The position numbers were made by a program, and so were the translations under genes. The notes under the pieces are model-generated. The model was not told where the DNA came from. It saw only the letters and a program-made list of their open reading frames with translations, and searched no databases. Shown here one piece after another: positions 1-6,668 of a DNA stretch of 64,000 nt. Numbering within the stretch: position 1 is the stretch's first letter; every line of letters begins with the position of its first letter. The stretch comes from Patescibacteria group bacterium (GTDB taxonomy: Bacteria > Patescibacteriota > Kazan-3B-28 > UBA10110), in NCBI GenBank assembly GCA_016936175.1, contig JAFGPN010000015.1:16636-80635 (forward strand), given 5' to 3'.

Positions 1-2
1 TG

Positions 3-908
3 TTCCAGCGTGTCCACATTGTCCGCGAGGTCTTGACTCGTGTCAGCATTCCGACTTTGGGAGAGTTCCAGGAGTTCATGGACACCAAGGTTCTTCTCTG
101 GCTACCCAAGCCGTCACGCTCGCCTAAACTGCCCAAGGGCAACTGGCAAGCAGAACGGCTGAAGATTCAACAGAAAGCCTGGGTCAAGGTCGGAATTGAT
201 TTGCCACAGGCTCTGTGCGACAAGTTCGTCGACATTCTGAACCAGTGTGGCGCAGAGTTGGTGGCTCAACTTGAGGCCTACGGCTTCATGTTTGTCATCA
301 CAGCGGATGTCACCTGGACTGCCAGCACTTGGCCAACAGGATGGGTTAAGCCCAACGACTGGTACTGGCAAGTGTTGAATGGCGGCAGGGTCATCGGCAG
401 TGATGATAAGCCCATTGAGGCCTGTCGGCTTCTGGGCCATATCCTGCTGATCGACACCCGACAGAAGCCCCGGTACGCCGGTGGCCATCAGCGTTGGAAG
501 GACGATGTGTTCATGGAGGCGCTCATCGGCTACTTGCAGGATCGCAAGCTCCTGCTAGTGAACGATAATGCTGGCCGTGGCAGTCGGTTCTACCTGAGCC
601 GTAACGATTATACCAACGTCGTAGCCCCGGCCTTTGTGGAAGCTCTCCAACAGCTCGGCGTTCCGGTTCAAACGGCTCGCCTCGAATACTGCCCGGAGCA
701 TTCTGCTCTCTGCCAGCTGTTCAACTCGCCCCGAAAGGATAATGGCAAGACGAACACTTGGCTGTGGTTCCAGGAGTACCTGGACTCGTCCGAGGGCTCG
801 CTGGGTGGCGGGGACTCCGACGACGGTGGTCTTGCGGACGTCGGCTACGACGACTCCGGCGGTCGCTGGGACTACGCATCTGGTTCGCTCGTGGCAGTTC
901 TGGCCTAG
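3..908 (+). CDS. DGR target protein, probable C-terminal C-type-lectin-like fold; 5' end probably outside the window
   Basis: Frame is open from position 3; C-terminus TNTWLWF...GGDSDDGGLADVGY is encoded by the VR. Confidence 0.9.
   Translation, partial: FQRVHIVREVLTRVSIPTLGEFQEFMDTKVLLWLPKPSRSPKLPKGNWQAERLKIQQKAWVKVGIDLPQALCDKFVDILNQCGAELVAQLEAYGFMFVITADVTWTASTWPTGWVKPNDWYWQVLNGGRVIGSDDKPIEACRLLGHILLIDTRQKPRYAGGHQRWKDDVFMEALIGYLQDRKLLLVNDNAGRGSRFYLSRNDYTNVVAPAFVEALQQLGVPVQTARLEYCPEHSALCQLFNSPRKDNGKTNTWLWFQEYLDSSEGSLGGGDSDDGGLADVGYDDSGGRWDYASGSLVAVLA
780..899 (+). repeat. DGR variable region (VR)
   Basis: 120-nt ungapped match to 1200-1319 (offset 420); 15 mismatches. Confidence 0.97.
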
Positions 909-943
909 GTATTGATCATTTGGTTTTCTCGGACTTTGGTCCC

Positions 944-967
944 GGCGGGGTTGCTTGCAACCCCGCC
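944..967. promoter_or_regulatory. Post-VR GC-rich hairpin (DGR target-recognition hairpin and/or terminator)
   Basis: GGCGGGGTTGC-TT-GCAACCCCGCC perfect inverted repeat, followed by ATTTTT. Confidence 0.8.
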
Positions 968-1199
968 ATTTTTGTATAGTTATTTTGATGCGATAGAGCA
1001 TAGATTACTACGGTAACTATCGTCGCTCTCCCTTTTGGGACAGCCAGAGTTTATAGCCTAGGTTGGTTATAGAGAGCGCTAAACCTAAACGGGAAACTGC
1101 GTGTCGACTACTAAGCTTCAATGGGTGAAGCAGATAAAATACAGGCAATCTATACGAGTTTGTTTGCCAGTGACTTTGGGTGGTAGGCGACATTAACGA

Positions 1200-1319
1200 C
1201 TGGACTCGTCCGAGAACTCGCTGAATGGCGGGAACTCCGACAACGGTGGTCTTACGAACGTCGGCTACAACAACTCCGGCAATCGCTGGAACAACGAATC
1301 TGGTTCGCTCGTGGCAGTT
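1200..1319 (+). repeat. DGR template region (TR)
   Basis: Every mismatch with VR is an A in TR (13 to G, 1 to T, 1 to C); 10 AAC/AAT codons in the VR frame. Confidence 0.97.
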
Positions 1320-1332
1320 TCTCGCGTTGGTT

Positions 1333-1368
1333 AATTAGGGGCGGGGGATCTACTCCCGCCCTTTAATT
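1333..1368. terminator. Hairpin between TR 3' end and the avd stop codon
   Basis: GGGCGGG...CCCGCCC stem flanked by AATTA/TAATT. Confidence 0.55.
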
Positions 1369-1741
1369 GTATTTCTTGATCCAACCACCAAGCATTTTGC
1401 CGATTTCCTGTAACTTACTCTGCAAAACTAAATAGGATTTTTCGTTCAAAGCCTGAACGTCATATCCCAACCGGATTTGCAACTTCACTAAGTCTAGTAG
1501 TCCACTGGCTCTAATCAGAACTTCCATTCTGCCTCGTTCGGGCGTAATAGGCGCTTGAAGAACACACTCAATTAACTCTAATAGCTTCATCTGGGTCATT
1601 TGACCCAAAGTATACTTCTCAACTTTAGGATATTTCAGAAGATGCCCATGAAACTGTTTGTAAAACTCGTACAGTCTCAGAATAATAGGGATTTCTCCAA
1701 AACCATGAGGGGGGGGGCTTAATAGGAAAGTTATTTTTCAT
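1363..1741 (-). CDS. avd: DGR accessory variability determinant Avd (four-helix bundle); frameshifted at the C9 tract as written
   Basis: EIPIILRLYEFYK...YPKVEKYTLGQ...EIGKMLGGWIK; ATG at 1741 is in frame only if the tract is 8 (or 11) long, giving 125 aa. Confidence 0.9.
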
Positions 1742-2794
1742 AATGGTGTTTTTGCGGAGATTATTTCGTTAGAGAACCTATTCTTAGCCTGGACAGAGTT
1801 TCGGAAAGGAAAGCGGAACAAGTCTGATGTCCAAGCATTCGAACTCCATCTCGAAGATAACATATTTGCTCTGCACGAGGAGCTGGCGGATGGCACCTAC
1901 CGCCATGGCGGGTACCAACAGTTTCGTATCTCCGACCCGAAGCCTCGCCTGATCAGCAAGGCATCCGTCCGTGACCGGCTACTCCATCACGCCGTCTACC
2001 GGATTTTATACCCGGCGTTTGATAAAACCTTCATCTTCGATAGCTACTCCTGTCGGAAGAGTAAGGGGACGCATCGGGGCTTCTTTAGGTTAGCAGAGAT
2101 GGCTCGGCAGGTTAGCAGAAACTACACTAGTCCCTGTTGGGCGTTGAAGTTAGATATTCGCAAGTTCTTCGATAGCGTGGATCATGGGGTGTTGATTGGA
2201 CTATTGCGAGAAAAGATGGCAGATACACAGTTGCTAGGATTGTTGGAGAATATTATTGGCAGTTTCCATACTTGTCATGCTGAATTTAGTTCAGCATCTA
2301 AGGTCCTGAAACAAGTTCAGGATGACAGAGTGAGTGGCAAAGGGATGCCACTTGGGAATTTGACTTCTCAATTGTTTGCTAATATCTATCTCGACCCCTT
2401 GGATAAGTTCGCGAAACATTACCTAAAGGCTATGTATTATTTGCGCTATGCCGACGATTTTATCTTTTTGTCGGATAACCTAGACGAACTGATGGGCTAC
2501 CTGGTGGAAGTTGCCCGATTCTTGAAGTCGAAGTTAAAGCTTCAGCTTCATCCCAATAAGCTTATCCTGAGAAAGTTAAAGTGGGGGATAGACTATGTTG
2601 GGTACGTCGCCCTGCCGCATTACAATCTGCCGAGGAGAAAAACTGTCAAACTGATTCTGCGGCAGATTGCCAGACGGAAAGATGCTGGCAATGAAGATGC
2701 ATTAGCCAAAGCCTTGTCCTCGTATCTGGGGTACTTACGGCATGTGGAGGCCCATAAGCTGACAAAACGCATAACTGATACCATAAAGGTATGA
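1705..2794 (+). CDS. DGR reverse transcriptase; frameshifted at the G9 tract as written
   Basis: Open frame from 1709 (ISLENLFLAW, DPKPRLI, RDRLLHHA, DSYSCRKSKGTH, LKLDIRKFFDS, GMPLGNLTSQ, YADD); ATG 1705 is in frame only with G8, giving 362 aa. Confidence 0.93.
1709..1717. repeat. G9/C9 homopolymer shared by the avd and RT 5' ends
   Basis: ATGA-GGGGGGGGG-CTTAAT read directly. Confidence 0.95.
2273..2327. repeat. Palindromic GTCAT...ATGAC element inserted in frame in RT
   Basis: Near copies at 15341-15392 and 57782-57834. Confidence 0.85.
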
Positions 2795-4833
2795 GTAGAG
2801 CGTTTAAGCCAAATTTGCAGAAGATACCGGGAAGCCCCGGAGTGTATTTAATGTATGGAGGGAGATTGCCACGCTCCGCTCGCAATGACGATTCATTTGT
2901 TTCTGGGTCCCCGGGTCACGCCCGAGGACAAGAGGAAAAAGTAATTTATGTGGGAAAAGCACTCAATTTGCGCAAAAGGGTGTCTTCGTACTGGAAACAA
3001 CCGACTAAGCAGAGCACCAAGACGCAAGCGCTGATAAAGCAAGTAACAAGATTAGATTTCATCGCTACTGACACCGAAGCCGAGGCGCTGATATTGGAAA
3101 ACGAGTTAATTAAAAAATACCAGCCGCAATATAATGTGCTATTGCGGGATGACAAATCATTCCAATATATTCGGATTGGGTTAGATCAAAAATTTCCTGA
3201 GATAGCCTCTGTTCGTCGGGTAAACCCAGCGGATATTAAAAGTCGAGACCCTAATCGGCCAAGATACTTTGGCCCTTATACCGCCGGGGGAACAGTAAAA
3301 AATACTCTCAAGCTGTTAAATAGCATATTTCCGCTTTGCGGGAAGGCGCGAGAGTTGAATCAGCATTACGATTCTGGACATCCGCCCGGACAAAAGTCCC
3401 TTCGGACGGGAGCCAGAATGACGGGAGGGGGATTAAAGGCGCCGTGCCTTAACTATCACCTGGGGCGATGTTTGGGGGTGTGTGTCGGCAAGGCCACTGC
3501 ATCCGATTATCGCCATGCTATTAATGAGATAGTAAAGTTTTTGAATGGCGATACCAAAGATGTAATTAAATATCTGCAAATTCGGATGTCGAAGTTATCA
3601 AGCGAGAGGAGATTTGAAGAAGCGGCGCGGTTGAGGGACAGGATAAATTCGTTAGAGCAATTATTTGAACAACAAAAAGTATCTCGGCCAAAAGACCTGG
3701 AACAGGATTTCTTGGGCTGGTTGGTCGAAGGCGAAAAGATGATAGTCTCTCGCGCGCAGGTGCGCGGCGGAAGGCTATTGGGCCAGCAGATATTTGTGTT
3801 GCGCGCACCGTTAAATAATGTGGAGGCTAATCTAATGTCGCAGGCGATTATAACCATTTACGATAAGGTATTCGAAGATCTGCCACGAGAAATTATTGTG
3901 CCGGTGTTGCCAGAAGATGCTGGTGCGATTGAAAAGTGGCTGAGTGATAGGCGAGCCAACCCCACCCAACCTCCCCTTGGGAAGGGGAGGAGTGAAATTA
4001 ATCCCCTCCTTTCCAAGGAGGGGGAGGGGGTGGTTGGGAGGAGAGGAGGGGTTCGTATTTTAGTGCCACAAAAGGGACCTAATCAAAAATTATTATCATT
4101 AGCCCAGCGCAATGCCGCTCAACATTCCGGCTCTTTATTAGATGTCGATGAGCGTTTAGGTGTAAAAAAAGCAATAGTAGACCTAAAAAATCTGTTGAAA
4201 CTAAAAAAATTGGAGCGGCTGGAAGCCTACGATATCTCGCATCTGGGTGGCACCCACACCGTCGGCTCGATGGTGGTGTTTAAAGATGGTAAGCCAGACA
4301 AGAATGGTTATCGGAGATTTAGAATCAAAACTGTGCCCGGGATTGATGATTATGCGGCGTTAGGTGAAGTGATAACGAGAAGGTTGAGCCCTAAGCGCAG
4401 AGCAGATAAAAGATTCGCAGCCGGTTTGCCGGATGCGATATTAATTGATGGCGGCAAAGGTCAACTTAGTTCGGTGTTAAAACACGTTTCGGTGGATGAC
4501 AAAAAGAAGATTCGGTTTTTTAGTTTAGCCAAACGAGAAGAAGAGGTGTTTTTGCCAAACAGATCGGGAGCAGCAGTCCTGTCCAAAAGTTCGGTGGCGT
4601 TGCAGATGTTGCAAAGACTGCGAGACGAGGCGCATCGATTTGCTATTGGTTATCAAACTTCGCTCAAAACCAAACAGTTGGTAGGGGATACAGAAAAGAT
4701 GGTTGGTATCGGAGCCACCACCCGTAAGAAATTGGTGAAACAATTTGGCAGTCTTGCCACTGCCCGATGCGCCAGTGATAGCGAGCTTGCTCAAGTTTTG
4801 AGTCCCAAACAAATCCAATCTTTCCGATCATAA
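2791..4833 (+). CDS. uvrC: Excinuclease ABC subunit C
   Basis: PGVYLM, IYVGKALNLRKRV GIY-YIG domain, CLNYHLGRCLGVC, YDISH, IDGGKGQL, RDEAHRFA. Confidence 0.96.
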   Translation: MSRAFKPNLQKIPGSPGVYLMYGGRLPRSARNDDSFVSGSPGHARGQEEKVIYVGKALNLRKRVSSYWKQPTKQSTKTQALIKQVTRLDFIATDTEAEALILENELIKKYQPQYNVLLRDDKSFQYIRIGLDQKFPEIASVRRVNPADIKSRDPNRPRYFGPYTAGGTVKNTLKLLNSIFPLCGKARELNQHYDSGHPPGQKSLRTGARMTGGGLKAPCLNYHLGRCLGVCVGKATASDYRHAINEIVKFLNGDTKDVIKYLQIRMSKLSSERRFEEAARLRDRINSLEQLFEQQKVSRPKDLEQDFLGWLVEGEKMIVSRAQVRGGRLLGQQIFVLRAPLNNVEANLMSQAIITIYDKVFEDLPREIIVPVLPEDAGAIEKWLSDRRANPTQPPLGKGRSEINPLLSKEGEGVVGRRGGVRILVPQKGPNQKLLSLAQRNAAQHSGSLLDVDERLGVKKAIVDLKNLLKLKKLERLEAYDISHLGGTHTVGSMVVFKDGKPDKNGYRRFRIKTVPGIDDYAALGEVITRRLSPKRRADKRFAAGLPDAILIDGGKGQLSSVLKHVSVDDKKKIRFFSLAKREEEVFLPNRSGAAVLSKSSVALQMLQRLRDEAHRFAIGYQTSLKTKQLVGDTEKMVGIGATTRKKLVKQFGSLATARCASDSELAQVLSPKQIQSFRS

Positions 4834-4835
4834 CC

Positions 4836-5040
4836 CTTGTCCCCGGGCGTGACCCGGGGACCCAGAAATAAACAAAAAGCCCTTTGTCATCCTGAACTTG
4901 CCTGCCCGTTTCGTAGCCTCGGGCGAAGGCAGGAATCCATTTTTCTGTCATCCTGAGCGGAGCGTTAGCATAGTCGAAGGATATAGTTCTGCTGTACGGT
5001 AGAACACTATCGCTAGATTCTTCACTACGTTCAGAATGAC
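4836..5040. repeat. Cluster of palindromic REP/MITE-like elements
   Basis: GTCCCCGGGCGTGACCCGGGGAC; GTCATCCTGAAC...; GTCATCCTGAGCGGAG...TTCAGAATGAC. Confidence 0.75.
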
Positions 5041-5075
5041 AAGACGTGGTGTATGAAGAGGGGTATAATAACTAT

Positions 5076-5363
5076 ATGAAGGTAGACAAAAGTAAACTAA
5101 AGGTGACGGGGATGTTAGCGGCGGTAATCGCCGTAGTGGGTATTACCGTGGTTATCGCCAATAGTTCGGTGGTGGATCTGACCAGAGGAGTTAGCGCCGA
5201 CCTGGGGGATCTGGCTACCGGTAGCGTTACGGTAATGTCGACGGAAGACTACGACCTGGTTTTAGATAAATTAACCGAATATTTTGATATAGCTACTGAC
5301 CAGACCCTACAAGACAACCTTGTAGCTGAAGTTGTCAATATCTTACAGGACGTCCAAAAGTAA
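5076..5363 (+). CDS. Hypothetical protein with N-terminal hydrophobic helix
   Basis: ORF; TATAAT 6 nt before the ATG. Confidence 0.65.
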   Translation: MKVDKSKLKVTGMLAAVIAVVGITVVIANSSVVDLTRGVSADLGDLATGSVTVMSTEDYDLVLDKLTEYFDIATDQTLQDNLVAEVVNILQDVQK

Positions 5364-5441
5364 GGTTTTTATTGGGGATAAATGGGTGGCATATCGGCTC
5401 TGGTAGCCGCTTTTTAATAGTGCCAGCTGTCTAAAAAATCA

Positions 5442-5470
5442 TTGACATTGTAAGTCAAGTATGGTATAAT
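5442..5470 (+). promoter_or_regulatory. sigma70-type promoter
   Basis: TTGACA-17nt-TATAAT with extended TGn. Confidence 0.8.
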
Positions 5471-5493
5471 AGAAACAAATCAGTTTTGAAGCT

Positions 5494-6657
5494 ATGAGTA
5501 GTGCAAATTACAACGATTCAGGAGATAGTAAAAACCCCGCCGAAGACTCGGTGCTTGATCGCGTGCTATCAGAAAGTCAGTCGCAAGAGCTGGTGCAGGC
5601 GCGTCCATCTAAGGTGGTGACGGCGGCGGTTAACAAGCTACGGGATAGAGAACGCAATGTGTTAATTGCGCGCTACGGCATTAACCCCAGCCATACTGAT
5701 AAAGAGACATTGGAGAGCATCGGTAAAAAGCTATCCGTTACTCGTGAGCGGGTACGACAGATCGAGAATGCGGCCATAAAAAAAATTACCAAAAAATTTG
5801 CGACTACGCTTAAGCCGTTATGGAAGATAGTAGATGTTTATCTAACTTTGCACGGCAACATAGCGGACGTGGACTTTTTGATTGGTCATTTTAAGTTAAA
5901 TCAATCGGACAATTTAGAATTAGAAAAAAATGCTCTCAGATTGGCCCTGGCCGCCTACACCTCTGTTAAACCGATTAAAAAGCACCCAGAGCTTAAGGAT
6001 GGTTGGTTGGGCGATAACGTTAAACAGGAGGATATCTTGGCGGTGCAGAAGATAGCTATCGATGCTTTGACCAAAGCTGGTCAGCCAATGGCAGAGACAG
6101 CGTTGATAGAGCAGATCACCAATCAATCTAAAGGTAGTAGCCCGGCGTTGATCAAAGGTAGCCTTCGGGTAGGCGCTAAATTGGGAACAGATAACAAAGG
6201 CCAATGGGGGTTAGTTACTTGGCCATTAGTGGTTCCTCGCCGGATTCGTGACAAGGTATTTATTATTTTAGAAGAAGCTGACAAGCCGTTGCATTTTGAA
6301 GAAATTACTAAACTAATCGGCCGAAAATTTGTTAACGATAGGCCAGTATTAAGCCGAACAGTGCACAACGAGCTGATTAGCGACGACAGGTTTGTGTTAG
6401 TGGGTCGTGGCATCTATGCTCTTAAGAACTGGGGCTATGCGCCAGGCGTGGTATCGGACGTGGTAAAAGAGGTATTACAGCAAGCTGGTCAACCGATGAA
6501 GATAGGTGATATCGTTGATGAGGTGATGAAACGTCGGCAAGTTAAGCGAAACACCATCGTTGCTAATCTACAAAATAGGTCCTTATTTATTAAGGTGGCC
6601 AAAGCTACCTACGATTTGGCAAAACGAGCCAATGGTGGCGAAGCGGCCACAAACTAA
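5494..6657 (+). CDS. Sigma70 region-4 plus HARE-HTH (RNAP delta-like) domain protein
   Basis: ETLESIGKKLSVTRERVRQIE; TVHNELISDDRFVLVGRGIYAL. Confidence 0.8.
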   Translation: MSSANYNDSGDSKNPAEDSVLDRVLSESQSQELVQARPSKVVTAAVNKLRDRERNVLIARYGINPSHTDKETLESIGKKLSVTRERVRQIENAAIKKITKKFATTLKPLWKIVDVYLTLHGNIADVDFLIGHFKLNQSDNLELEKNALRLALAAYTSVKPIKKHPELKDGWLGDNVKQEDILAVQKIAIDALTKAGQPMAETALIEQITNQSKGSSPALIKGSLRVGAKLGTDNKGQWGLVTWPLVVPRRIRDKVFIILEEADKPLHFEEITKLIGRKFVNDRPVLSRTVHNELISDDRFVLVGRGIYALKNWGYAPGVVSDVVKEVLQQAGQPMKIGDIVDEVMKRRQVKRNTIVANLQNRSLFIKVAKATYDLAKRANGGEAATN

Positions 6658-6668
6658 CCTAAAGTGTA

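Larger units (their letters stand above)
1..2794. mobile_element. Diversity-generating retroelement: target(VR) - hairpin - TR - avd(minus) - RT(plus)
   Basis: VR/TR pair with adenine-only differences, Avd-like ORF, RT with GMPLGNLTSQ and YADD motifs. Confidence 0.97.

Noticed and set aside
1363-1608. 81-aa Avd starting at TTG 1608
   Set aside because: It omits the conserved first helix (IPIILRLYEFYK...YPK.EKY) encoded upstream in the same frame.
2099-2794. RT as a 231-aa protein, or as a group II intron or retron RT
   Set aside because: Conserved RT sequence extends about 130 codons upstream; the LGNLTSQ motif, Avd and the TR/VR pair identify a DGR; no maturase domain.
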